A stretch of 63,115 nucleotides of DNA, counting the filler, from Craspedostauros australis (Eukaryota), in NCBI GenBank assembly GCA_030167865.1. It is 7 parts of 7 records of this genome, joined end to end, with 100 filler letters (N's around TTAATTAATTAA, not from the genome) between each part and the next. Parts side by side here need not be neighbours in the genome. Positions count along the whole stretch, not along the records: positions 1 to 23,236 come from JALAGF010002984.1; 6 more parts are not named here. The stretch is one strand, 5' to 3'. This document shows positions 1 through 11,571 of this stretch, piece after piece (the stretch's first letter is position 1; every line of letters starts with the position of its first letter). The position numbers and the translations under genes are program-made. The notes beneath the pieces are model-generated. The model ran no database searches and had not been told where the DNA came from. It was given only the letters and a program-made list of their open reading frames with translations.

Positions 1-1004
1 CCCGTGGTTCGTCGTGTTGATGCAACATTGCCGTACGACTATAGTAGGCGTCCTCGCATCTCTTCCTCCTCCTCCTCCTCCTCCTCCATGCGAGGACATG
101 TTCGATTTGCGCCAGCTCGCATGAGGCGTGGTGAGTTGCTCGCCCGCTCGCGGGTATCTTCTTGTGCAACATCAACCAAAACGCAGGAGGAAAAGATACC
201 AACCAACCAAGATCACTGTTTCTTCAGATGCGAGGTCTCTACGAGGTCTTCATGTGCAACGTTCTTCGGTTGCGTGTGCGTCACGTGTTTGGATTTATCA
301 TGACTCGATATGATTGGCCAAACCCCAGATGCACCTGGAACAAGGAACGTCGACGTTGTGCAGGATCCGGCACCGGGTTCCGACAAAAGGAATCCTATCG
401 TCACCTCCGTTTTCGCAGGCTAAGGACATCTAGAGAGCAGAGGAGAAAGAGGCAGTCTACACTCGAAATGCAGATGTTCATTTGAGTCGCGAGATGAGCG
501 GCGAAAGCAGACGAAGTGCTCCACCCGAGTAGAACCTATTGGGAGAGTGAAAGAATACCGATCTGCTGGGAGGCGGCGATACTTGCTCATTGTGCCCCAT
601 CGCAGACAGGGTATTGGCAGAGTGCAAGGTGGAGTACTTTGGAGATGGACACAATAAGGACATCGGGAAGGATGATGGAAAATGGAGAGATGTTGCGATG
701 AGTACATGAATGCATCCGCAGGAAAAACGACGAGGGGACATGGGGTGAATGTTGTTTTGCTTTGTTCAGTTTCGTTATTCTGCTATGTCCAATGTCAACT
801 GTACGATTATTGTACAAGTATTGTGCGAGTACTACGAGTGCATGCAGTACTCTTGTCAGTTGCGTCCATCCCTCAACAGACGGGAACGGTGCAGGAGTGC
901 GTAGTATCTCTGCTTGTGCTTTGTTCATTTTGTGTTGCTCGCACTCCTGTCCTCCCATGCGTGTCGCTTAATTGGAGAGGGGCGGAGAGCTGCAGTGGTT
1001 GAAT

Positions 1005-3114
1005 CTACAGCTGCGATCTTGCTTCGACCTCCAGCACCGCGGCGGCCCCCATTCCCGTTCCGATACACATGGAGATGACACCCAGCTGCTTCTTGGTTCG
1101 GTTCATCTCGTGCAGCAACGTCGCGACCTGGCGCGCACCCGTGCAACCCAGAGGATGGCCCAATGCGATGGCACCGCCGTTGGGGTTGACCTTGGACGCA
1201 TCGATACCGAGCTCGTCGATGCACCAGGTTGCTTGCGAGGCGAATGCCTCATTGATCTCGAAGACATCGACGTCGGAGACCGAAAGTCCAGTTTGTTGCA
1301 GCACCTCGGGGATGGCAACGGCTGCGGTTCAAAGCATGTAGACGGACACAATAACATGATGCAATGATTGATGAATGATATGAGATGCAACATCCTCAAG
1401 GGAACGTGGCGCTTGCGTGGTGAGTCATGGATTGAGCTTCCACAAGTGTGCAAGTACGTTTGGTGGAATACTCGTATAGTCGCATGGTACATTGGCGATG
1501 CTTTGACAAACCATGGGGAGGAGAAAGGGAAGCCGAGTTGCGCTGCAGGAGGAGAACAAACAAAGCACGAATGCGGATTTCACGTGGCAGACATGAAAGG
1601 CAAGGACCGAGCAGCCGATTCCGGCCTACGAATTCGGTGATATCTCGTCCGCAAAGGATGGAGCTATTGTCATGAATGACGAATGTGATGTGAATCCGCA
1701 CATCCTTTCATCCCTCCATGCACACATCACCCAATGCCGTTGCGGATAGCATGATGTCAGCACACGATAATGAAGATGAAACTCACCTGGACCGATGCCC
1801 ATGATACGGGGCGGAACTCCCTTGACGGCGAATCCTCTCCAAACACCGAGGATCTTGAGGCCACGCTTCTCGGCCTCGCTGCGGGTCATGAGGAGGACAG
1901 CCGCTGCTCCGTCCGTGGTCTGCGACGAGTTGCCTGCCGTTGTGACGCCGTTCTCCTTGAACACGGCCTTGAGCTTGCCCAAGGTCGCCATGGTCGATGT
2001 GGGGCGGATGCCATCATCGCGGCTCACGCCGGCAACCGGGACAATCTCGGCATCGAACTTGCCGCTCCTCTGCGCAGCTGCTGCCTTGCGGTGGGAGTCC
2101 ACTGCAAACTGATCCAGCTTTTGGCGTTCCAGGCCGTACTTCTCCACGACATTCTCGCTCGTGATGCCCATGGGCAGGAGGCAGTCCATGGCAGATTTGT
2201 TCTGCTGCACCACGTCCCAGTCCACCGCCGGTGGTTGGATCGATTTCCTATGGGTTTTGGTTGTCCATTCCGAAGATAACGACGCAAGAAGGAAAGGTTC
2301 ACATCAAGTGCGGAGCGAAGATGGATAGAGACAAAGAGACGAGAAGGGAGTGAGAATGGGAGAATGGAACGATGAAAGAGCAATGCTGATTACACATGTG
2401 ATAGTATAATATATACACGTAGTCATTCGACACAACAGGACACAGCATGACACAACACAGCATGACACAACACAGCATGACATGGCCAGTGAAAGGGGAA
2501 GTGGATGGGATTTGGAGTAGTGCACATCACTTCATCTCCTCTCAGCACCAACACTTCCGCAGAGAATGTGCGTTGCTGTTGTTGTTGCTGTTGTTGTTGG
2601 AATGCCTTCGGTATGCCTTGGTTCGTCCAGTTCTGTTCCACCCGTAGCGGCACGGCTTGATCCATTTAAATCTGCAGCATCCCGAGCCTCCCATCTCTAC
2701 ATCTGGTTTGTTCCTCGCTTACATTGGATTGGCGGTCATGGACTCGACACCACCGCCAAGACCGATCTTGATCTGCTTGGTGGCGACCGCGTTGGCAACA
2801 TGGGCCACCGCCTGAAGGCCGGAGGAGCACTGCCGGTTGACCCAGTGAAGCGGGACGCTGTCCGGGATGCCGGCCACCATCTGCGCCATGCGCATGGCAG
2901 CGAAGCCGGACGGCGGCATGAGGCAGTTGCCAAGGCAGATGTCGTCAATGTCCTCGCCTCTGACCGCAGTCTTCTTCAGCGTGGCTTCCATCACCGCGGT
3001 GAGCAAGGTGGAGGCCGGGACCTTCGCCAAAGCGCCCTTGCGGGAGCGGCACAGCGGCGTCCGCAGCGCGCTCACAACGACGACATCGTCGGGGCTCTTT
3101 CCGAACTTCGACAT
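1005..3114 (-). CDS. ACAA1: Peroxisomal 3-ketoacyl-CoA thiolase, 3 exons (3114-2723, 2247-1787, 1321-1005)
   Basis: Thiolase motifs VVVSALRTP, NRQCSSG (catalytic Cys), TAGNSSQTTDGAAAVLL, EINEAF, GHPLGCTG and SMCIGTGMG. Donors AT|GTAAG and G|GTGAGT with acceptors ATAG| and GCAG| join in frame (NPM-KSIQPPAVDW; GIGP-AVAIPEV). C-terminus -SQL is a PTS1 variant. Confidence 0.93.
2441..2482. repeat. 15-bp tandem repeat (CACAGCATGACACAA) in thiolase intron 1; (GTT)n tract at ~2572-2599
   Basis: Read directly from the sequence. Confidence 0.75.
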
Positions 3115-4529
3115 CTTCTTGCTTTCTTGCTTCCTCTGGCACAGCCGTTGTTGCTGCTATTCTGTGGCTGTTGTGTGGCTGTAGTGTGGCGTGTGCGGTC
3201 TGACGCAGTTGTTTGGTGCCTTGTGGTTGTTGGCAGGCAATCTGGTTTGGTCTGTTTGTTGTTGTCGCGAGTGGCTGACGATGGACACGATGAGAAGACT
3301 TGCGGTCCGCTGTGGCACCGATGAACTGCGGTTATGGCGATGTTTGTGCGGTTGTTCTTCTCTGTGACGTTGCTGACAGTGTTGGGAAGCGCATGAACTC
3401 GTGATTCCACCACACTGATGAATGGAGATACTGCGCATTTGCCAATGGGATTTATTGAATCGCCGCTTCCGGTTGTCGCTCATCATAGTCATCAGTCATC
3501 TACTCTGCCGTACTCCGGAATGTATCAAAGGAGTGACGACAGAGCGGCGTTGTAGGTATCCACATCATCTTGCAGGTGCGAGTGTGTACAGGAGACGAGG
3601 AGGCAGTATCGGTAGATATAGGGAGGGTAGAATAGGGCGCACGAGGAGAGTACTCGTCATGCCGAAGGCATTCTCAGGTGGCTACAATTGAGTGGATGAG
3701 TATTGTATGGTATGGTACCATAGGTGGAGGATGGATTAGCAGGCCAGGCAGGTTGGAAGATATCATATAATAGGAAGGTTGGCATAGTAGACAGGTATTC
3801 ATGGGTGGGCGCTAAAGCAATGGGGGTATGGTATCAAGGTGAAATTCGCACGAGCTATAATGCGATCTATTATGCGATCTAGTATACATCGTGCTTGCTC
3901 GGACTTGCCCTTGCTCAAGATCCTTCTATTCGTACCACACCATGGAGTTCTCTCAAAGCTACACATGATTCTGTGCGAGGGAGGAAGCAAAGTATCAGCA
4001 GCATCTCTCTAGAGAGAGTCTGCACCCATTGTTGACACCTGTCTGCTCTTGGCAGCACTACAATCTGTGGGCCGAAGGGAAGAGAAGCGTGCCTCCCTAT
4101 CTTTGCAGTCTTCGTTCCACAAGGGCACCCGTGTGGGCATGGCATAAGTGCGGACTCCTATTGTGTCATATTATAATAGTACTCTCCAGTCACCATGGAA
4201 CCCAAGCCACCAGATGGAACATGTCCTGCCTGGAGGCATCCCTTGTTTATTGAAGCTGTCACTGGAGAGCATTGCTGTTTCTACTGATTGCAGAAGTGGA
4301 ACTGTTGCAATCGCTACTCCTACTCCTATCGTCCGTGCCGTACTCATCCAGCCGTTGCAACTGCGCTTTGCAGCAGCACCGAGGTGTTATTACTGATTAA
4401 CGGCGTTGACTAGTGCTATTGTCGTTGTCATTCTTGTTCTATCTTTATGTTGTTTGGGTATTATGTGTGTGTGTGTGTGTCTTTGTGGTTCAAAATTGTG
4501 TCCGCATGGTTGACGTGTTGTGTTCATGC

Positions 4530-5774
4530 TCATGCCTTGGCAGTCAGCCATCGGGAGAGGCTCGCGGAGAGGCCCTTGGACAAGGCCCGGAGGCTGTATG
4601 GCTTGGTGTTGTTGTCCTCCGGGGTGTTGCAAAGTGCTTGCAGTCTGGAGACAACCTCCTGCATCGATGGTCGCTCGCGTGGATCCTGCGCCCAGCACTC
4701 TTCGATGAGGTCGGCGACTTCTTCTGGAAGATCGGAAGGCATGGCTGGGCGCTCGGCCTGCTCGCAGACCAGGAGGTGGTGCATCTCGGGGCTGTACAGG
4801 TCAAATGGCGTCTTCAGCGTCATCATCTCGAAGAGGAGGACGCCAAAGCTGTAGACGTCCGCCTGCTGGTTGTAGGGACGGCACATTGCCACCTCTGGTG
4901 CCATGTACCTCCTGGATCCCACGCCGGACATCTCGAATGAGTCGTGGACGTTGTCACCATCGATCTCGCTGTCGTTGTCGCTGGAGCTGTCCTCGCCGTC
5001 GGTGAAGTCGAGCGTTGGGAGTTCGCGGCAGAGGCCGAAGTCGAAGAGCTGGAGCGTGTTTCCCATGAATCCGATGTTGTCCGGCTTGAGGTCGCGGAAG
5101 ATCAGGTTCATGTCGTGCAGGTACTCCAAGGAACTTGCCAGCTGGAGGGCGTAGTTGAGTCTCTCGTCTCGGTTGCCGTCATTGTTGTTGGTGGCGGTTT
5201 CGTTTCTCCATCTGTTGATGCGCTGTGACAAAGTCTCATCCAGGCGATCGAGCAGGAGGAAGAAGCCATCGTGATTTCCGTCTCCGAAGCTGTCGACTCC
5301 GCCGCGTGCGACTCCGTGCAGCTTGATGATGTTTGGATGGTTGAGGCGGGAGAGCAGCTCTCCCTCGATGAAGAGGTTGGCAGCTGCCTCGTGGAAGGTC
5401 CTGCGGTTGGACATGATGTCTTCTCGCAGCTGCTTGATGGCGTACGAAGCAGGCAGGGAAGATCCGCTGCTGGCATCATCGTGCAGCGGGCACGCATCGT
5501 GGACGTTGGAGAAGGAGCCTTGCCCCAGCATGTCGCCCAGGGCGATGTCGCTGCGTGCGACGCGGAAGACAGATCGCGGCCGGTAGGTTGCCATGAAGTT
5601 CCGCGTGCTGTGCGTCTCAATCTCGCTCTCGATGAAGGAGACCGTCCTGCCTGCCATGCTGCGCTTCATCCATTCCATCCTTGCACCGGAGCTGGACCTT
5701 GGGCTGGAGCAGGCGTTCATGGAAGGCGGTTGGATGCATGGGATGCTGTGTTGCTGAGCTTGTGGGCGGCACAT
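4530..5774 (-). CDS. Ser/Thr (TKL-like) protein kinase of the diatom-expanded 'RDLKPxNxGF' type
   Basis: LGQGSFSNV, YAIK, FRDLKPDNIGF, FDFG, GSRRYMAPE, DVYSFG, CWAQDPRERP. Start uncertain: the ORF is open to 5978; the MCRPQ ATG at 5774 was chosen. Confidence 0.9.
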   Translation of the reverse strand: MCRPQAQQHSIPCIQPPSMNACSSPRSSSGARMEWMKRSMAGRTVSFIESEIETHSTRNFMATYRPRSVFRVARSDIALGDMLGQGSFSNVHDACPLHDDASSGSSLPASYAIKQLREDIMSNRRTFHEAAANLFIEGELLSRLNHPNIIKLHGVARGGVDSFGDGNHDGFFLLLDRLDETLSQRINRWRNETATNNNDGNRDERLNYALQLASSLEYLHDMNLIFRDLKPDNIGFMGNTLQLFDFGLCRELPTLDFTDGEDSSSDNDSEIDGDNVHDSFEMSGVGSRRYMAPEVAMCRPYNQQADVYSFGVLLFEMMTLKTPFDLYSPEMHHLLVCEQAERPAMPSDLPEEVADLIEECWAQDPRERPSMQEVVSRLQALCNTPEDNNTKPYSLRALSKGLSASLSRWLTAKA

Positions 5775-8700
5775 GGTTCTCTTTGCTGTGTTGTTACTGT
5801 TGTTGTTTCTGTGGCGGTTGCTGTTGTTACGGTTGGCTGTTGATGGCACTTTTGATGGAGTGTTGTCAGTGATGGATGTTCTGATTTTGTGATGGGTGGA
5901 GGTGATGTCTGCGTTGGTCTCTGTGCTCTTCAGCGTGTCGCCTCTTGTTGCGTTGGTGTGAATGGATCGTGGGTACAATGCTGCACGTTGGGGTGATTGG
6001 GGTGGAACTGTTGGTCTTGTGTCGCGTTGCGGTTTTGTGATGTTGTGATGTTACACAATACGTTTGCGTGGGTGGGAGAATCGTCGATTGTATGGGGCGG
6101 CCATGCCGTGTGCGCTGGTTGGACTTGTTTGGTGTGCTTGATTTGCGTGTTCCCGACTCGTTCTTTGTTTCGAAGTGCTTCGTGTGCTTCTCCGTTCCCC
6201 TCAACGTGTGTTTTATCACTGCATGTTTGATGGGTCTGATGTGCTTTGATTGGCTTCACAGCACTCTCGCTTGGTCGTGGCCATCACTGCGAGTCCCTCG
6301 TGGAATTGCAGACTTTCATCGAATCTCGGATGTGTTCTTTCTGGTGTTCCTCAGTTCTTTGTATCAAAGCTAGGCGGGAGGGCTTCGATTCGGGTTTCGC
6401 ATTGAAGTTTCTTGGAGGCGGAACAGAACGCACAAGAACCGTTTCGTGGAAACGTACACATCCCAAACGTAGTATTCGTGGATCTTCGTAGAAACAATAC
6501 GAGGAACGTGTTTGGAACGCTAGGATGACAATCAAACGTTGCACCATCCACGTTCGCTCACTTTTCTGTCGTGACACGGTTCATAAAGAAGTGACATGAA
6601 GGTTCAACACGATACGATTACCACGAAGATGGTGACATCGTCCTTCCGTGCACCAGGGCACGCTTTTTGGCCAACACATATGCACGATCGCCGGTCTGCA
6701 GGGCTGGGCGGTACCCCCATGAAGAAGTATCATCAGACACCACCGTTCTGATCGACACAGATAACCTCTTCCATGCGCGTTCGTTTCCGTGTCCCTGTCC
6801 CATCGATTCTCGGAAGCGAACACTCCAAACGAACAAACAGTGGCGGAAAATGTGGCACCAGTTGTCCTTCACAAGATCCAATCGATTCCGCGAGCGATCA
6901 GACCGCCCTCATCGACAAGATCTGTGGTCCACAAGAGGACTTTGTGAGCTGCTTCGCACCGCACCGAACATCCGGTCGCATGGTGTGATGCGGAGGTGTT
7001 GCCAGTCAGCGTGGATGGTGGCGGAATACTAATAGCTCGCAGTACCAATACACACAGTGCGCGTGCGAGGCAAGGTTGAGGAGAAAAATGGAGCTCTTTG
7101 GAGAACAAACGCGGGAACGAGTGCGAGAGCCGAGGACGAGGAGTAGCGCAATCGTACGAATTCTATCTCCAACTCTCTCTTCGTCACCACCGCGAAGAAA
7201 TCAAGGATTGGATCTCCGCCAATGGTCTCCAAAGATTGATGAGTCACTGTGTTGTGGTAGCGTGTTGAGACGGCATCGCCGAGGCTGCTCCCTCCTCACA
7301 TGGCCTCGTCCGCGTCTGTACGTATGTGTGGGTACGAGCTGCGTGTTGAGTTGATCGTCTTGGCAGAGACAGACAGGATCCTGTGGCAATCCAGATCGAA
7401 GACCATGACATTGAATTCGCTGTGTTCTCGCCTGAAAAAGCGTTGTCCCCAACCCACCGAGTCAAAGTATCAACCTGTATTCACGTCCACTTTCCACGAC
7501 AAGACCGGTCACGCTTTGTGCGCACTTCTGTGTTTGGCTTCTTGTCGAGTGTCATACCATCATCGCCAGTGTTCCCATCCCTTGTGCCATTGCTATCGTG
7601 GCTTCTGCTTCTGCCACTGCTACTGTTCTGGTCCCAAGTCCCCCGGTCTGGTATCGCCATCTCGTGATCGCCACCATCGCGCATCTTCTTCCGCACGAAT
7701 CTCTGGAAGAGCAGCAGCGGGGCCGATCTTGCGTCACGTTGATGCCACACCACTGTCTTCGTAGCTCTAATCTACTATTCTACCTGTGCCTGTCGCATGC
7801 ATTGACGGAGTATCCAGTTCCCATCCTTGCGGGATCCAACACCCCCATGTAATCTGGAGACAGCCCAACTGATCGGAAGTCGCCCTCCATCGTTCATGCC
7901 GACAACGCCATCTTGGCACACCGTCATTGGTTGCGCTTGTTGTTGTGCAAAAACAGACAGCGTGACGTCATTGATTTCTCGGACATGAAACTTTTCGAAG
8001 CGAAAACGATAACTGCTTTCCTTAACAATTTGGTGCGCGATACATCGCAGTTTCCTTATCCACGATCAGTACTATGGTGGATGAAGAGATGTATAACCAC
8101 ATTCTAACGCCTTTTACGTGTCGTTGCCGCCAATGGTGCCCCTGCCAATCGCCATCTTCCGAACTCCGCGTCCAATGTGACACGCGCGTACTAGTCAAAT
8201 GGCCAGTGTGGTTGTCACGGCGACGGGAAGCGCGATGGCCTCTTCCGGCATCCCCGCTCGAGTTAACACGACCGCGTCACAATTCAACCATTGAAGTGGG
8301 CATAGCCAGCAACACTCCAGAACAGAGCGCGGCAGAGTGCCTGTGCTCTCTGCGGTCAACATTCAACAAAAGTCGCGTCGCACAGGCAGAAAGAACAGTC
8401 GGAGAGGCTGCGTGGCGCTGCGAATACCAACAACGCGCGCCAAGGCGAGAGTCAAGAAGGCAAGCCAAGACAAAAGCAAATCACCTTCACTCCACCTCCC
8501 CAAGGGGAGAGCTGAAAGCACCACATGATAGCACAACACAACGCAACGCAACGCAACACAACACAACCCACGCACAAAGCATACTCGAACTCTGGGAGTA
8601 GGTACCATCCAGAGACACATCCGCATCGCACGAACAGCAAGAACCTCATCACGCTCTGCTGCGCTGCATCAACCGTCACATTCCCGTTCTTTTGGCCATT

Positions 8701-8968
8701 GTTGCGACGCTGTCTCAGGCGTTACTCCAGCCGCTGCCCCACCACTTCTCCGACCACTGTTCGAACAACTGGGAAGACACACATCACTTCCCCAAGTACC
8801 AGAGCACCGGAGTCCCAACAGACTAACAAGAGATTACCAACAGAATACGGACATATAATAGAACCCAAAGAACACGACAAACAACACGACAAACAACACC
8901 AAAGCTGCTGGCTGGCAACACACCTTGCCTTGACGCACCAGAAGGAACGAGAGCACTGGCACAACACC

Positions 8969-10324
8969 ATGATACCGAAAGAGGAGGACCTGTTGAGACG
9001 TATGAAACTGCAACGATCCGTCGCCCGCATCCAGCGCGAGGTCAGCCAGCTCTCCAAGAAGAGCCGCTTCCTCCAGCAGAACACGGCGCAGCATGACCTG
9101 CCGACGCTGCAGCGCCAGGAGCTCAATGTCGTGGCCATGCTGGGCAACGGCTCCTTCTCGGAGGTCCACGAGCTGTGGAGGATCCAGCCCGCGGCGGCCT
9201 CGGACCCCGTGCAGCAAGAAGCGCGCGAGTACCTAGAACGCACCTGCCTGGACAGCGACGGCCGGGGGCAGTACGTCATCAAGTACCTCCGCAACGACCT
9301 GCAGTCCGACGAGATGAACTTCCAGAGGGCGGCCGCGGACCTGGAGATGGAGGCCAAGTTCCTCGCCAATCTCGACCACCCCAACATCATCAAGATCCGC
9401 GCCTGGTCGGGCGGCGTCGACAGCTTCCTGCAGGGCTGCATCGACAGCTTCTTCCTCGTCCTCGACAGGGTGGACGGCACCCTCCTGGACCGCATGGCGC
9501 ACTGGCGCAGCATGCGAAAGAACAGCCACGAGCTCTACCCCGAACGCCTGGAAGGCTACGCCTCGCAGCTGCAGTGCGCCCACCAAGTCGCCAGCGCTCT
9601 GGAGTACCTGCACTCGCACCGCATAGTCTACCGCGACCTCAAGCCAGAGAACGTCGGCTTCCGCCACGACCAGGTCATCCTCTTCGACTTCGGTCTGTGC
9701 CGCGAGCTCCCTGAAGCAGACTTCCCGCAGCAGGACACCTTCCAGATGTCCGGAGTGGGCACGAGGAGGTACATGGCCCCCGAGGTCTTCCTGGGTCGGG
9801 AGTACAACGAGAAGGTGGACGTCTACAGCTGGGGCCTCATCCTGCACACCATCATCGCGCTGCGGAAGCCTTTCAACACCTACAGCTCGAAGATGTACGA
9901 AGAGCTCGTCTGCCGACAGGGCGTGCGCCCGTACGTCTACCCCCACATCCCCGCCGGCATCCAGAACATCATGACGAAGTGCTGGACGCAGGACTACCGA
10001 CGAAGGCCCTCGATGCGCGCCGTCTGCGATCACCTGCGACGTCTGCGCAGCGGCGACGACTGCGAGCTCCCATCGTCGCAGCTGTCCGTCGACAGCAACG
10101 CCAAGGTGTGCGGCAACGTCCGAAGGACCGACATCCTGCAGAAGTCCTTCGATGCCTGGGGCACTCTGTCGGACGTGCTCTGCGGCACCAACAAGATCGG
10201 CAAGAAGGCGAGCTCCTTCATGCGCTTCATGGAGCAGCGGATGCTCGAGCCTCCCGCGACGCTCGGGAGGACCAGATCCATCGACTACCCCGAGCTGCAC
10301 CATCTTCGATCGTCCTATCTGTAG
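8969..10324 (+). CDS. Ser/Thr (TKL-like) protein kinase, paralogue of the kinase at 4530-5774
   Basis: LGNGSFSEV, YVIK, YRDLKPENVGF, FDFG, GTRRYMAPE, DVYSWG, CWTQDYRRRP. Start taken at CACC-ATG 8969, where codon bias begins. Confidence 0.9.
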   Translation: MIPKEEDLLRRMKLQRSVARIQREVSQLSKKSRFLQQNTAQHDLPTLQRQELNVVAMLGNGSFSEVHELWRIQPAAASDPVQQEAREYLERTCLDSDGRGQYVIKYLRNDLQSDEMNFQRAAADLEMEAKFLANLDHPNIIKIRAWSGGVDSFLQGCIDSFFLVLDRVDGTLLDRMAHWRSMRKNSHELYPERLEGYASQLQCAHQVASALEYLHSHRIVYRDLKPENVGFRHDQVILFDFGLCRELPEADFPQQDTFQMSGVGTRRYMAPEVFLGREYNEKVDVYSWGLILHTIIALRKPFNTYSSKMYEELVCRQGVRPYVYPHIPAGIQNIMTKCWTQDYRRRPSMRAVCDHLRRLRSGDDCELPSSQLSVDSNAKVCGNVRRTDILQKSFDAWGTLSDVLCGTNKIGKKASSFMRFMEQRMLEPPATLGRTRSIDYPELHHLRSSYL

Positions 10325-11571
10325 ATTTGGTACTCTATATTATGCATTATAGTACCAGTATCTGTATGTTAGACGTGATTTCTATGGTACTATACTATAC
10401 ACGCCACCGCCAATTGCCAACACATGAATGAATGGACAGCTCCTATCCCAAACGGGGCCCCGGGGGAAGAAGGCAACGAGCACGCGAATGGATGGACGCA
10501 TTGATGAATGAGGCACCGAGCGACGGAGCGAGTTCGCGAAGCCCCCCGAAAGGCATCAGCCGACGTCGTGAGAACTGAACTCGACGCACGACGGAGTTGA
10601 GACAAGGTGGATTATCCGGATGTTACATAATACTCTACTCTCAAGCAAATGCATTACATGACACAACTCCAGTATACCCGTTGCATAGTCGTATGCACCA
10701 AACAAAGGAAGCCTCAATAGAGCAGAGCACTCTACAAGTGTGCCACAACACAAACGGCAATGCCGTGATTTCGGATAGAGTAATAGTGTTTGTTAGATTC
10801 GAGGACTCTGCTCGCACGTGGGATCTTCCTTGTCCAACTTGATAGTCTCGGTCGATGTGTGTGTGTATGGTATTCTATAATATGAGTACAATAGCAATGT
10901 GCTGTACAAACAGTATGAAATGATTGTAACGACGGTTGGAGATAAAGTTGGGGATGATGCATGAGTAAGAGGCATGTGAGATGTTGTGTTCCATGCACAT
11001 GCTGGTAGAGTTGTTTGGTCAAGACCATCGCTGCATCCATCAAAGCAGCAAGGAGCATTCCAACAAGATCATTGCCATCCATCCAAGTAAATTGTTAGAA
11101 TGGTGTCCTCAATGACGAATCATCAGAGAATGTAGATAAATGTATGGCTTTCATCTGGATGGCAATATCAACTCGCTGTTTTCCATACTGCTGCTGCTGT
11201 TGCATGATGGGAAGTGAATGGCTGTACACGAGGCAAGCATCTTGGGAGGGCATGGCGGAGAGAGGAGAGGAGAGAGACAGGTCTGGCTCTTCTCAGTTCA
11301 ATTTTTGTTGTACACTTAACGTCGAATCAACAGTGTTGTTCAGTCCGCCCGACGGTACTTTCATCAATGAAGGCTCTTTGCTTGCATTGTCTCTCTCCCT
11401 CTCTGTGCTACAGCCGCCAACCGCCAACCACCACAGTCAAGCAAACAAACAAACGAGGATGATGATGGATTGAATAGAGTACTCGATTTCCAAAACGCCA
11501 CAGCCCGTTTGACTTACCACATGCATTGGCCTTCGTCTTGGATGCAGAACGTCGGTAATGACACCTCTTGA

